Assembly (NCBI GenBank): GCA_021783235.1
Contig: JAJXUD010000009.1
Span: 1,911-65,910 of the forward strand
Origin: Myxococcales bacterium
Lineage (GTDB): Bacteria; Myxococcota; Myxococcia; Myxococcales; JAKAPL01
Length of the DNA: 64,000 bases
Direction: 5' to 3'
This document shows positions 9,597-21,600 of this stretch, in pieces (position 1 is the first letter of the stretch; every line of letters starts with the position of its first letter). The position numbers were made by a program, and so were the translations under genes. The notes below the pieces were generated by a model. That model ran no database searches. It was not told the origin of the DNA and saw only the letters and a list, made by a program, of their open reading frames with translations.

Positions 9597-10372
9597 TAGG
9601 CTCGCTCCCGGAGCCAGCGGAGCAGCTCGTCGCGCACGTAGTCCGTCTCCTCCCAGAGGAGCGAGTGGGTGCTCCCCGGCCGGACGAGGAGCCGCGCCTG
9701 GGCGAGGCGCTGGGGCAGATCCTCGGCCTGCGGCCGAAGGTCGGAGCGCTCGCCGTAGAGCGCCAGCGTGGGGCAGGCGATCCGCCGGAAGCTCTCGTCC
9801 GAGAGCGGCGGGCTCGCGGCGAGATCCGCGAGCAGGGAGGTGCCCTCGACGAGGGCGCGGGCGTTGTCGGCGAGCCGGCTGCGCTTGCGCTCGCTGTGGC
9901 GGCCGAGCCAGTGCTGGAAGCTCTCGGCGATGCGCCGGTCGCGCGCCTCTCCCTGGAGCGCGAGCGTCTGGACCATGGCGTCTCCCCAGCCGGCTGCGCC
10001 GAGGTGCGCGTCGATGAGGAAGAGGGAGGCGACGCGCTCGGGTCGGATGGAGGCGTAGGCGAGGGCGAGCAGCCCGCCGAAGCTGTTGCCGACGAGGTGG
10101 ACGGGCGCGCGGACGTCGAGCGTGGCGAGCAGCGCGTCGAGATCCCGGGTGAAGTCGGCGAGCGCGTAGCCGCTGGTCGGCCGCTCGCTGCGGCCGTGGC
10201 CGCGCAGATCGTAGAGGAGCGCCTCGGCCACCCGCGAGACCGGGCTCGCGAGCGTGAAGTAGAAGCTCGAGAGGTTGTCCATCACGAGGCCGTGGAGAAA
10301 GACCACCGTGGGTGGGCCGGCGCCGATTCGCTGGACGTGCAGCCGGACGCCGTTGACGACCGCGTCAGCCAC
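9596..10372 (-). CDS. alpha/beta hydrolase
   Basis: HG oxyanion motif VVFLHGL and nucleophile elbow VGNSFGG. Overlaps the upstream gene by 8 nt. Confidence 0.8.
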   Translation of the reverse strand: MADAVVNGVRLHVQRIGAGPPTVVFLHGLVMDNLSSFYFTLASPVSRVAEALLYDLRGHGRSERPTSGYALADFTRDLDALLATLDVRAPVHLVGNSFGGLLALAYASIRPERVASLFLIDAHLGAAGWGDAMVQTLALQGEARDRRIAESFQHWLGRHSERKRSRLADNARALVEGTSLLADLAASPPLSDESFRRIACPTLALYGERSDLRPQAEDLPQRLAQARLLVRPGSTHSLLWEETDYVRDELLRWLRERA

Positions 10373-11120
10373 GGAGCCACCCTTCGAGCGAGGCCGTGAG
10401 GGCGGCGGTCGAGTCGAGGTGGAGGTTGTGGCCGCCCGGCAGCACGACGAGCCTCGCCCCCGGCATCACGCGGGCGAGCCGCTCGCCGACCTCGCGGCAG
10501 GACGACTGCTCGCCGTAGACGAGCAGCGGGTCCCTCACCCGGGCGAGCTCCGCGTCGGGGGGATCGGGCTCGCGCCGGACGTCCTCGAGGAGCGAGGTCT
10601 CGAACGACAGCTCGGCGAGCGTGTGGAGGAGCTTGTCGGCCTGCCGGCCGCGCCGGTCGAGGAACTGCCGCGTGACCTGGGGCAGGGCCTCGGCCATCTT
10701 CGAGCGGTCGAGGGCGAAGAACGCCTGGAGATCCGGCAGCCGCGAGGGGGGCAGCGGCGCCTCGACGAGCGCGAGCTTCTCGACGCGCTCGGGCCACTCG
10801 AGCGCCAGCCGCAGCGCCACCAGCGCGCCGTAGCTGTGGCCGACGAGCGCGATCGGGCCGCCGAAGCCCATCGCGTCGAGGACCCCGACCACGTCCCGGG
10901 CCATCGTGCGGGAATCGTAGCCCTCGCGCGGCCGGTCGCTGCGGCCGTGGCCGCGCAGGTCGACGAGCAGCACGCGGTGGCCGCGCGCCAGCGTCGGCGC
11001 GCTCGTGAAGTACCAGGAGGCGCTGCTGCCGACGAGGAGCCCGTGCAGCATGACCACGGGCCGGCCGTCCCCGAGCTCGACGGCGTTGAGCCGGAGCCCG
11101 TTCGTCTCGATCAGGGGCAC
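10365..11120 (-). CDS. alpha/beta hydrolase
   Basis: VVMLHGLL and nucleophile elbow VGHSYGA. GTG 11120 was chosen as start (VPLIETNGLRLN...); it overlaps the ACP stop region by 10 nt. Confidence 0.75.
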   Translation of the reverse strand: MPLIETNGLRLNAVELGDGRPVVMLHGLLVGSSASWYFTSAPTLARGHRVLLVDLRGHGRSDRPREGYDSRTMARDVVGVLDAMGFGGPIALVGHSYGALVALRLALEWPERVEKLALVEAPLPPSRLPDLQAFFALDRSKMAEALPQVTRQFLDRRGRQADKLLHTLAELSFETSLLEDVRREPDPPDAELARVRDPLLVYGEQSSCREVGERLARVMPGARLVVLPGGHNLHLDSTAALTASLEGWLRG

Positions 11121-11392
11121 TGGGCGATCAGCTCCACGAGATTCCCCACCCGAAGCGCCAGGATCTCGTCCAGCTCCTTGCCCGAGAGCCAGCCGACGAA
11201 GTCGACCCCTCCGCCGTAGCGGCTCTGGAGCTTCTCGCCGAGCGCGACGAACTCGATGCTCTCGAGCTCGAGGTCCTCGCTGAACGAGGTGTCGAGGCCG
11301 ATCTCGGCCTCCTCGATCCAGGCCTCTCCCACCACCTCGCGGATGAGGCGGGCGACCTCCTTCAATATCTCTTCGCGCGCGGCCGCCGTCAC
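11111..11392 (-). CDS. stand-alone acyl carrier protein
   Basis: 93 aa with the phosphopantetheine-attachment-like motif EDLELESIEFVAL. The GTG start overlaps the PKS stop (GTGA). Confidence 0.75.
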   Translation of the reverse strand: MTAAAREEILKEVARLIREVVGEAWIEEAEIGLDTSFSEDLELESIEFVALGEKLQSRYGGGVDFVGWLSGKELDEILALRVGNLVELIAQCP

Positions 11393-14300
11393 GGCTCGAG
11401 CCTCCAGGCGACGACGAACGGCCCGTCGCGATCCGTCTGCGCCCATTCACCATCGATCCGGAACCGTTGTCCATCTACCTCTTGCACGGGGAGGCGGCGC
11501 GGGTCGCCGCCGAGGCCCGTGCCGCGGGCCTTCGCGACCGCCTCCTTGGCGCAGAAGGCGCGGGTGAGCCACTCGTCGCCCGGGGGGAGCAGGCGACGCT
11601 CCTCGGGGGCGCAGACCAGCTCGGCGAAGCCCTCGGCGCGCGGCTCGACGCGATCGAGGTCCACCCCCACGTCGGCGCCGAGCGCGGCGAGGGCGATGGC
11701 CGCCCCCTCGACGTGCGCGAGCGAGACCCGCACGTCGAAGGAGAAGGGGCCGCGCACGGTGGGCCGGCCCCGCTCGTCGTTCTCGACCTCGATCTGGACC
11801 GGGTGGAGCGGGCCCGCTCCCCGCTTCCAGAGGAGCTCTCGGACGGCGTCCTTGACCGCGATGCGGCCGTTCAGCCACTGCCCCTGCCGGCGGGGGTGGA
11901 TCCCGTCGAGCTCCGCCCGCTCGCGGGCGCCGAGGAAGCGGCGGGCGATGAGCTCGCGGGAGGGGGCGTTCGTCCAGGAGTCGGCGACGAAGAGGTAGCC
12001 TTGCGGCCGCGGAACGGCGAGGAGGTTCCGCTCGGGGAAGCGCAGGACCTCCCAGAGCCGCGCGTCGCTGTCGAAGCGCCGGTCCTCCCACGCCTCGATG
12101 CGGCAGAACGGGCGGCCGTCCGCGTGGGAGAGCCAGAGGTCCGCGGTGACGGCTTGCGGCCCGAGCTCCCGGATTCGGACCGCGCAGCGGAGCCGCTCAC
12201 CCGGGCGTGGCTCGGGCCCGTGAAAGGAGACGCGGCCGAGGCGAAAGGGGAGCGCGAGCCGGTCGACCTCGGTTCGGAGCATCACCCAGAGGCCGAAGAG
12301 CTGGCCGGCGTTGTCGAGGAGCGCCCCGGGCGCCGCGAGCGCCTCGAGCTCGCCGTCGATGCCACCGGGACCGTAGGCCGAGACCGAGCGGACGCCGCGG
12401 AAGCTCGGGCCGTGGAACATCCAGCGGTCTTCGTAGAGCGTCTCGATCCGGACGGGGAGCGGCTCCTCGCGGCCGAGCGGCGGCGGCGGCTCGAAGGGGG
12501 CGGGCGGGCCCGCGCGCGCGACGGCCTGGGCGTAGCCGTCGAGGGCGACCTCGGCGCGGTCGGGGCCGAGGCGCCGCGCCCGGAGGTTCGCCTCGACGGG
12601 CGGCGCCACCGCGATCCAGCGGAGGGCGAGGACGTCCTCGAGGGTCGAGATGGGACCCATGACCCGCTCGGCCGCCTCCCGCAGCCAGGCGAGGGAGGTG
12701 GTCATCGGCACCACGGGGAAGCGGTCGGAGATCTCCGGCCAGCCGTCGGGCTGCCGGTAGAAGCAGTGGTCGAGGAGGTACGGCTGCGCCTCGACCGAGA
12801 GCCGCCGCCGCTCGGACCAGCTCTCGGGAGGGGCCGGCGCGGGGGAGGGGCTGCCGGCGGCGAAGGCCGCGACCACCTCCGACTGGAGCTCGGAGAGGCG
12901 GCGCAGCGACTGGGCGAGCTCGGCGAGGATCGGCGAGTTCGTCTCGCCCGGCGCGGCCTCTGGGACGACCGGGGTGGAGAGCGGCAGCATCGGCGGCAGC
13001 CGGACGAGCGGTACGCCGAGATCGAGCAGCCGCTCGGCGCTGGCCGGGCCGACGCGCGAGAGGTCGACCTCGCGCCCCGCGACGAAGGCGGCGGCGAGGA
13101 CGCGCCGGAGCTGCGCGAGCCCCGGGCGCCGCATCGCGCCGGCGCTGACGGCGACGTGCTCCGCGCCCCTCAGCGTGTCCTGGGCGAAGGCCGTGAGCGT
13201 TCCCCCCGCGCCGACCTCGACGAACGTCCGGAAGCCGGCGTCGTGCATCCGCGCGACGAGCTCGCGGAAGCGGACGGGCTCGACCAGGTGGCGGGCGGCG
13301 AGCTCGCGGACCTCCGCGGGGGAATCGGGGTAGGGGGCGCAGGTCGTCGCCGACCAGAGCGGCAGTCGGGGGCGCTGGAGCGGCAGGGCCGCGAGCCGCG
13401 CGCGGTGGGGCCCGAGGTGGGGCGAGAAGAGCGGGGAGTGGAAGCCCGAGCGAAACGGCAGCTCCTGCGCGAGGATCTGGGCCGCGCGGAGCCTCTGCAG
13501 CGCCGTCGAGATGCGGTCGGCCCGGCCGCAGAGGACGACCTGGTGGGGGCAGTTGTCGTGGGAGAGCGCGATGTCCGAGAGGCCCGCGATGGCCTCCAGG
13601 GCCCTCTCGGCCCCGCAGCCGGCGGCGGCGAAGAGCACGTCGGGGACCTCGAGCGTCCCGGGCGTGAGCGAGCGGATGAACGGCTCGGCCTCGGCGGGCG
13701 GGATGAGCTCGGAGGCGACCATCCCGGTCCACTCGCCGATGCTGTGGCCGGCCAGGGCGTCGGGCGCGAGGCCGGCACGGCCGAGCGCGTCGAAGAGGAG
13801 ACGGCTCGTCGCGACGACCGCGAGCCCGGTCGCCTCGATCCCGTCGGGCCGTTCGTCGGGCGGCTCGCGCGAGAGCCAGGCGGCGACGTCGCGCACGCGC
13901 GGCTCGAAGGTGGGCTCGAGCCCGGGAAAGAGGAAGGCGACCTTTCCGCCGCTCGGCCTCGGCGAAAACCAGACGTCGTCGTGGCCGAGCCAGGGCCGCT
14001 CGCCGAGGACGATCTTGCGCGCGAGCGCCCGCCGCTCGGGCGTCGGGTCGAAGAGGACGAGCCGCAGCGGCCCGCGCGCGCTCGTGGCGCCGCCGCCTTC
14101 GAGCGCGGCGAGGAGGGACGCCGCGTCGGGGGCGGCGAGGGCGAGCCAGCGCTCCCTCGAGGGCGCCGCGGGGGCGTCGGCGGCGTGGCGGCTCGGTCGG
14201 CGCCGCGGGGCCGGCTCGTCGCCCGACTCCTCGAGCACGACGTGGGCGTTGATGCCGCCGAAGCCGAAGGCGTCGACGGCGGCGCGACGCGGCCCCGCCC

Positions 14301-15606
14301 CGAGCTCGGGCCACGGCTCGGCCCTCGCGGGGACGCGAAAGCGCGTCTCCTCGAGTCTCGGGTGCGGCTCCTCGCAGTGGAGGCTCGGCGGCACGACGCG
14401 GTGCTCGAGCGCGAGGACGGCCTTGAGGAGCCCCGCGGCCCCCGCGGCCGGCATGGCGTGGCCGATCATCGACTTGACCGAGCCCGTCAGCGCGCGCGGC
14501 CCGTCGCCGGCCGGGCCGAAGAAGCGGGCGAGCGTCGTGAGCTCGGCCTCGTCGCCCTGCACGGTCCCGGTGCCGTGGGCCTCGAGCAGCCCGAGCCGCT
14601 CGGGCGCGACGCCGGCCTCCTCCCAGGCGCGGCGCAGGGCGAGGAGCTGCCCCTCGACGGCGGGGTTCACGAGGGCGGCGCCGCGGCCGTCGCTCGAGAG
14701 GCCGACGCCGAGGAGCCGCGCGTGGACCCGGTGGCCGAGCCGGCGCGCGTCGGAGAGCCGCTCGAGGACCACGATGCCGGCCCCCTCGCCGATGAGGAGG
14801 CCGTCGGCCCGCCGATCGAACGGGCGAATCTGGCCGTCTCGACTCAGGGCGCCGAGCGAGCTGAAGACGCTCCAGAAGGTGACGTCGTGGCAGAGGTGGA
14901 CGCCGCCCGCGAGCGCCACGTCGCAGCGGCCGCTCCGCAGCTCGCGGGCCGCCTGGTCCAGGGCGACGAGCGAGCTCGCGCAGGCCGCGTCGACGGTGTA
15001 GGCCGGCCCCCGCAGGTCGAGCCGGTTCGCGATGCGCGAGGCGGCGAGGTTCGGCACGAGGCCGATGGCGCTGTCCGGGCCGTGGGCGCCGAGCCGGGCC
15101 TGGAACGCCTCCTTGAGCGCCCGAAGGGACTCCTCGGGCACGCCGGGGAGCTGGGAGCGCAGGATCGCGACGAGCTGCTCGGCGGTCCGAACCCGCTCGG
15201 CGAGGCGCGCGATGCCGGCCGTCAGGTAGCCGCCGCGGCCGAGGACGACGGCGGTCCGCTCGCGCCAGGCGCCCTCCGCGAGCCCCGCGTCGGCGAGCGC
15301 CGCCTGGGCGACGGCGAGCGCGAGGAGCTGGTCGGGCTCGGCCCCCTCGGCGGCGCGCGGCGGGATGCCGAACTCGAGCGGATCGAAGCTGGCCTGCCCG
15401 TCGACGAAGCCGCCGCGCCGGCAGTAGAAGCGGTCGGCCGAGGCCGCGGCCGGATCGAAGAAGACCGGATCCCAGCGCCCCGGCGGGACGTCGCTCGTCG
15501 CGTCGACCCCCTGCTCGAGGTTTCGCCAGAAGGTCGCGACGTCGGGCGCGCCGGGGAAGACGCAGCCCAGCCCGACGATGGCGACGGGCTCAGGAGGCGA
15601 CGGCAT
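11389..15606 (-). CDS. type I PKS-like protein: KS-AT-DH with fused C-terminal 4'-phosphopantetheinyl transferase
   Basis: KS motifs: VAIVGLGCVFPGAPD, DAACASSLVAL, EAHGTGT, SVKSMIGHAMPAAG. AT motifs: GHSIGEW, FRSGFHSPLF. PKS-type dehydratase motif: LLDHCFY...FPVVPM. The last ~190 aa resemble Sfp/AcpS-type PPTases (GVDLDRVEP, FCAKEAVAKARG). Confidence 0.85.
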   Translation of the reverse strand: MPSPPEPVAIVGLGCVFPGAPDVATFWRNLEQGVDATSDVPPGRWDPVFFDPAAASADRFYCRRGGFVDGQASFDPLEFGIPPRAAEGAEPDQLLALAVAQAALADAGLAEGAWRERTAVVLGRGGYLTAGIARLAERVRTAEQLVAILRSQLPGVPEESLRALKEAFQARLGAHGPDSAIGLVPNLAASRIANRLDLRGPAYTVDAACASSLVALDQAARELRSGRCDVALAGGVHLCHDVTFWSVFSSLGALSRDGQIRPFDRRADGLLIGEGAGIVVLERLSDARRLGHRVHARLLGVGLSSDGRGAALVNPAVEGQLLALRRAWEEAGVAPERLGLLEAHGTGTVQGDEAELTTLARFFGPAGDGPRALTGSVKSMIGHAMPAAGAAGLLKAVLALEHRVVPPSLHCEEPHPRLEETRFRVPARAEPWPELGAGPRRAAVDAFGFGGINAHVVLEESGDEPAPRRRPSRHAADAPAAPSRERWLALAAPDAASLLAALEGGGATSARGPLRLVLFDPTPERRALARKIVLGERPWLGHDDVWFSPRPSGGKVAFLFPGLEPTFEPRVRDVAAWLSREPPDERPDGIEATGLAVVATSRLLFDALGRAGLAPDALAGHSIGEWTGMVASELIPPAEAEPFIRSLTPGTLEVPDVLFAAAGCGAERALEAIAGLSDIALSHDNCPHQVVLCGRADRISTALQRLRAAQILAQELPFRSGFHSPLFSPHLGPHRARLAALPLQRPRLPLWSATTCAPYPDSPAEVRELAARHLVEPVRFRELVARMHDAGFRTFVEVGAGGTLTAFAQDTLRGAEHVAVSAGAMRRPGLAQLRRVLAAAFVAGREVDLSRVGPASAERLLDLGVPLVRLPPMLPLSTPVVPEAAPGETNSPILAELAQSLRRLSELQSEVVAAFAAGSPSPAPAPPESWSERRRLSVEAQPYLLDHCFYRQPDGWPEISDRFPVVPMTTSLAWLREAAERVMGPISTLEDVLALRWIAVAPPVEANLRARRLGPDRAEVALDGYAQAVARAGPPAPFEPPPPLGREEPLPVRIETLYEDRWMFHGPSFRGVRSVSAYGPGGIDGELEALAAPGALLDNAGQLFGLWVMLRTEVDRLALPFRLGRVSFHGPEPRPGERLRCAVRIRELGPQAVTADLWLSHADGRPFCRIEAWEDRRFDSDARLWEVLRFPERNLLAVPRPQGYLFVADSWTNAPSRELIARRFLGARERAELDGIHPRRQGQWLNGRIAVKDAVRELLWKRGAGPLHPVQIEVENDERGRPTVRGPFSFDVRVSLAHVEGAAIALAALGADVGVDLDRVEPRAEGFAELVCAPEERRLLPPGDEWLTRAFCAKEAVAKARGTGLGGDPRRLPVQEVDGQRFRIDGEWAQTDRDGPFVVAWRLEP

Positions 15607-18600
15607 GCAGCGGGGGCGCGGGCGTCGAGGCCGGATCGGCCGGCGGGGGGCGGGGGCGATCGGCGAAGAGGGAGGGGGGCGCGGCGGCGAGGAAGAGCTG
15701 GAGGGCGCCGCCCCGCGGCGGCGCGCCGTCGGCGGGGGCGTCGAAGAGGGCGGCGAGGACGGCGTCCATCCCGGCCGCGAGCGGGAGGAGCGGGAGGCCG
15801 CGCCGCTCGTACTCGCGCGCGAGCTCGGGCGTCACCATTCCAGCGCCCGCCCACGGCCCGAAGTCGAGCGCCACCGCGGGTCCCGCGATCCGGCCGTCGA
15901 GCGTTCGGACGAGCCGATCGAGCGCGTCGTTTCCCGCGGCGTAGTCCACCTGGCCGCGGTTGCCGAAGAGGCCCGAGACGCTGCCGAAGGCGACGAAGAG
16001 CCGCGTCTCCGGGCGCAACTGGCGCGCGAGCGCCATGGCGCCGTGGAGCTTCGTCTCGACCACCCGCTCGAAGGCCGCCCGCTCCTTGCCCTCGAAGGCC
16101 CGGTCGTCGGTGACGCCGGCGGCGTGGACGACGGCCTCGACGGGCCCCTCGCGGCCGAGCCGCTCGAAGAGGGCCGCGACGCCCTCGCCCGAGCGGACGT
16201 CGAGCGCGTGGTAGCGGGCGCGGCCGCCGGCGGCGCGGATCTCGGCGAGCGTCCGGCGAACCTCGCGGGCGGCGAAGGCGGCCTGGGCCGCGGCCTCGAC
16301 CTCCGCGAGCCGGCCGCCGCGCCGGACGAGCGCCTGGCGAATCCCCGCGAGGTCCGCGGCGCCGGCGAGCTCGGCGGGCTCGTCGTCCGGCACGGCGCGG
16401 GAGCCGACGAGCTCGAGCGCGCAGCCGAAGCGGCGCGCGATCCCCACCGCGAGCCGGGCGGTGATGCCTCGGGCTCCCCCGGTGACGACGACGACCGAGC
16501 TCTTGGAGAGCGCGACCCCGAGCCGCGGCGGCTCACCCTCCCGCAGCTCGACCCTCCGGCGCGCGCCGGCCTTCCAGCGGCTCTCCGGGGGACCGGCGGG
16601 GTCGGTGAGCTCGAGGGCGAGCTCTTCGGCGAGCCGCTCCGGGGGCTCCGCGGGATCGAGATCCACCGCGCGCGCCGAGAGCTCCGGCCGCTCGCGGCCG
16701 AGGCTCTGGAGGAGCCCCGCGAGCCCCGCGCCGTCGAGCGGGCCCCCGCCGGCGCCACCGAGCCCCCCGAGCGCCGAGGCGGCGAGCAGCTGCTTCGCTC
16801 CCGCGGCGACCGCCTCGCGGCAGCGGGCGAACGCCTCCCAGAGGGCGGAGCCGCTCCAGGCGCCGGCGGCGAGCGAGGTCAGGTCGACGAGCCGCTCGAT
16901 CGGGCCTTCGGGGCGGGCGAGCGAGAGCCGAACCTCGGCGCCCCGCTCGGAGAGGAGCGCCGCGAGCCGCGCGGCGACGGGCGAGCCCTCGGGGGCGGCG
17001 ATCCAGCTCCGGCCCGAGGTCCGGCGGAGGGAGAGCTCGGGGGCCGCCTCGAGTTCGGCAGTCGCCCAGTGGAGCAGGGCCGCGGACGGCGTCTTCGGCG
17101 GCAGCGCGCCCGCCGTCGCCGGCGCCGCGGCCTCGCCGGACGGGCCCGCGGCGAGCCGCTGCTCGATCCAGCTCGAGATGCCCCGCAGCGTCTTGACCGA
17201 GGAGAGCTTCTCGAGCGATCCGTCCGACCCGCCCGAGGCCCCCTTGCCGATCCCGAGCCGCTGCGTCAGGGCGCCGAGGATCTCGATCCGCTTGATCGAG
17301 TCGATGCTGAGCTCGGCCTCGAGGTCGGCGTCGAGACTGAGCATCTCCGGGGGATAGCCCGTCCGCTCGCTGACGAGCCGCAGCAGCAGCTGGGCCACGT
17401 CGACCGAGGCGGCGCCGAGCGCCTCGGCGCTCTCCGGGGCCGGCCCCTCTCGGACCGCCTCCGACTTCGCCGTCGGCCGCGCCTCGATCCGCTCGAGCGT
17501 CCGGACGGGCGCGGCCTCGCCGGCCGGGGCGCCGAGGTAGCGGAGCATCACCTCGCGCTGCGCCTCGGCGAGCTCTCGCATCCCCTGGAGGTAGGCCATC
17601 ACCGAGCCCTCGCGCTCCGAGGAGGGCGCCGCCGGGGAGAGGATCGCGATCGGCGCCGCGTTGGGCTTGAGCGAGTGGCGCGGCAGCTCGCCCGTCGCCG
17701 GTCGCGCGAGCTGGCCGTCGACGAGCCAGAGGGCGGCGGGCTTTCCGGGCGGGGCCGCGTCGAGGTCGAGCCTTCGGACCTGGCGGCCCGCGAAGAGCGG
17801 CGCGAGCTGCACCGGGACGCCGTGGACCGCGAGCTCGGCGAGCAGCTCGAGGAGCTGCGGGAGGCCGCCGCCGCCGTCGCGCGAGAGCGGCAACGCGAGG
17901 TGGGGCCGCTCGCCGAGCGTCCGCCCGACGAGGCGGGTCAGCACCTGGCCGGGCCCGACCTCGACGAAGGTCCGGGCGCCCGCGGCGTACATCGCCTCGA
18001 CCTGCGCGGCGAAGCGGACCGGTGAGACGAGCTGCTTCGCGAGCAGCGCCCGGACGTCGCCCGCCGATGGGGCGTACGGCGCCGCCGTCACGTTGGAGTA
18101 GACGGGCAGCGCCGGGGCGCGCAGCTCGACCCCCGCGAGGGCGCGGGCGAACGCCGCGTCGGCGCCGGCGAGGAGCGGGCTGTGGAAGGCGCAGGCGACC
18201 GGGAGCCGCTGCGCCGAGAGCCCCTCGCGGGAGAAGCGCTCGAGCGCGGCCTCGAGCGCCGCCCGGGGGCCGGCGACGACTCCCTGGGACGGCGAGTTCT
18301 CGTTCGCGAGGACGAGCCCCGTCCCCTCGCAGAGGGCGCGGAGCCGGTCGAGCGGGGCGGCCACGGCCGCCATGGCGCCGGGCTCGTCCCCGACGGCGTC
18401 CAGGATGCAGCGCGCCCGCTCGGCGCTCAGCAGGATGAGCTCCCGCTGGGAGAGCGCGCCGGCCGCGCAGAGGGCGACGAGCTCGCCGTAGCTGTGGCCG
18501 CCCGCGAGGTCGGGGCGGACCCCGAGCGCCGAGAGGAGTTCGAGGGCGGCGAGCTCCACCATCCCGAGCGCCGGCTGGGCGATCCGGGTGTCGGTGAGAG

Positions 18601-21600
18601 CGGCGGCCTGCGCGGCGCGCTCGTCGTCGCCAAAGCCCGGGGCCGGCAACGCCACGCCGGCGACTCGGCGATCGAGCTCGAGGATCCGCTGGAGCTGGGG
18701 GAAGGCGACGAAGAGCTCGCCGAGCATCCCGGTCCGCTGGCTGCCCTGGCCGGGGAACAGGAAGGCGACGGGCCCCTGCGGCGCGCGGGCGGCGAACACT
18801 CCGTCGCCCGCCTGGTCGGCCCGCGCCCGCGCGAGCTTGCGGCCGAGGTCGCCCAGATCCTGGGCGACGATCGCGAGCTGGACCGGGCCGCGCCCCTGCC
18901 CGTTCACGGTGAAGGCGAGGTCGGCGAGCGTGCCCGGGAGCGGTCGCTCGAGCCGCTTCTCGAGCTCCCCGGCGCGGGCGGCGGCCTCGGCGCGCGTTCC
19001 GGCCCGCAAGAGGAAGAGCTCCGCGGGAAAGCGCGGGCCGCCCGTCGCGGGCGGCTCGGCGCGCGGGTACTCCGCGAGCACCGCGTGGAAGTTGGTGCCG
19101 CCGAAGCCGAAGGCGCTCACCGCGGCCTTGCGCGTCCCCCCGGCGGCCGGCGGCAGCCAGGGGCGCGCCACGGTGGAGAGCACGAAGGGGCTCTGGGCCC
19201 GGTCCCAGCCGGGGTTCGGCCGCCGGACGTTGATGGTGGGCGGCAGGACGTGGTGGTGGAGCGCGAGCGCCGCCTTGACGATGCCGGCGAGGCCGGCGGC
19301 GCACTTCGTGTGGCCGATCTGCGACTTCACCGAGCCGAGCGCGGTCTCGCCCACTGGCGCGCCGGCGCGGCCGTAGACCTCGGTCAGCGTCGCGAGCTCG
19401 GTCCGATCGCCCACCACCGTGCCGGTGCCGTGGGCCTCGACGAGCCCCACCTCCGCCGGCGAGACGCCCGCCTGCCGGTAGGCCCGCTCGAGCGCCCGGA
19501 CCTGCCCCTCCTTGCGGGGCGCGGTCAGCCCGAGGCTCCGGCCGTCGCTCGATCCGCCGACCCCGCGCAGCACGGCGTAGATCCGGTCGCCGTCCCGCTC
19601 GGCGTCGGCGAGCCGCTTGAGCACGAGGCAGGCCACCCCCTCGCCGAGGACGATGCCGTCGGCCTCGGCGTCGAAGGTGCGGCAGTGGCCGCCCTTCGAC
19701 AGCGCGTGGACCGAGGAGAACATGAGGTAGTCGTTGATCCCGTTGTGGAGGTCGACGCCGCCGCAGAGCACGACGTCGCTCCCGTGGGTGACGAGCTCCT
19801 TGATGCCGAGGTCGACCGCCGCGAGCGAGCTCGCGCAGGCGGCGTCGACCGTGAAGTTGAGGCCGCCGAGGTCGAGCCGGTTCGCGATGCGGCCCGCGAC
19901 CACGTTCGAGAGGACGCCCGGGAACGAGTCCTCGGTGAGCGAGGGGAGGTGCTCGGCGAGCTTCTCGGGCAGCGGGCCGAGGAGCTGCGGGTAGAGGTTG
20001 CGGAAGCCGTAGGCGTTCGAGAGGTCGTTGCCCCCCTCGGCGCCGAAGATCACCGAGGTGCGCTCGCGGTCGAATTCGCGCTCGTGGTAGCCGGCGTCCT
20101 GGAGGGCGCGCCGCGCCGCCTCGAGCGCGAGGAGCTGCGCCGGATCGATGGCCGGCAGCGAGCTCGGCGGGATCCCGTACGAGATCGGGTCGAAGGGGAT
20201 CTCGGGGAGGAAGCCGCCCCACTTGCAGGGCGTCTTGTCGCCGCCCGTCGAGGCCGGGTCGTAGTAGAGCTCCGCGTTCCAGCGGGCGCGGGGGACCTCC
20301 CGCACCGAATCGAGGCCGCCGAGGACGTTCGCCCAGAAGGTCTTCAGGTCGGGGGCGTCGGGGAAGATCGCGGACATCCCCACGATGGCGACGTCCGCCG
20401 GACGCGAATCGCCCGGGCTCGGCGGCGGCGGCGCCGGCAGGGCGCGCAGGAGCCGGTCGCTCCCCTCGCTCACCTCGCGGTGCAGCTCCTCGATCGAGAC
20501 GACGGCGGACCGCAGGGCGGCCAGCTGGCCGATCATGAACATCCCCTCGCGCCGCTGCGTCTGCGGGTCCAGGGCGACGAGCTTCGAATCCTCGCGCCGG
20601 ACCCCCTTCGCGGCGATGCGGAGCCGGCCGAGGTTCAGCCGCTCGAGCTCCTCCCAGACCTCGCCGGGCGCCTTCCCCGCCGCCTCGAGCTCGGCCCGCC
20701 GGGCCCGGAAGGCCTCGACGTAGTCGCTCTCGACGCAGCGGGTGGCGTGGCCCGGGGCGGTCTCGAGCAGGACGGTCCGCTCGCAGCGGAGCGCCGCCTC
20801 CTGGAAGGCGCGGCCGATCGCCCCGGTCGCGACCGCCTCCTCGGTGAAGAGGTAGGCGGTGCCGAGGAGGACCCCGAGGCGGGCGCCGCGCGCCGCGAGC
20901 GGCGCGGCGAGCGCGGCCACCATCGCCGCCGAGCGGGCGTCGTGGATGCCGCCCGCGAAGAAGACCGAGAGCTCCTCGGGGGCGGGGTGCGAGAGCAGCC
21001 GCTCCACCGCCTGCTCCCAGAGCAGGAGGCTCGATCGCGGCCCGACGTGGCCGCCGCACTCGCGCCCCTCGAAGACGAAGCGGCGCGCCCCGTCGGCGAG
21101 GAAGAGGTCGAGCAGGGCGGGCGAGGGGACGTGGAGGTAGGTCTCGATCCCGAGCTCCTCGAGCGAGCGCGCCTGGTCGGGGCGGCCGCCGGCGATGAGC
21201 GCCACCTTCGGCCGGAGCTCCTCGACGACGCGAAGCTGCTCGGCCCGCAGCTCGGGCGGCACGAAGCCGAGGATGCCGACGCCGAAGGGCCGTCCGCCGA
21301 GCTGCGCCCGCGTCTCCTCGAGGAGCCGGCGGACCTCCTCGCCCCGCGAGAGGGAGAGCGCGAGGAACGGGAGGCCGCCCGCCTGCGCGACGGCGAGCGC
21401 GAAGGCGGCGCGGTCGCTGACCCGGGTCATCGGCCCCTGCGCGATGGGGAAGCGGAGGCCGTGGGCCCGCGCCAGGGGCGAGTCGGGCGAGAGCGGCGAG
21501 AGGTCCCGGGCCTGGCGCAGCTGCTGGTCGCTCGCGCGGGCGAGGCCGCGCACCACCCCCCCGGCGGTCCGGTAGCGGCGCGCCATCGAAGCGGCGAGCG

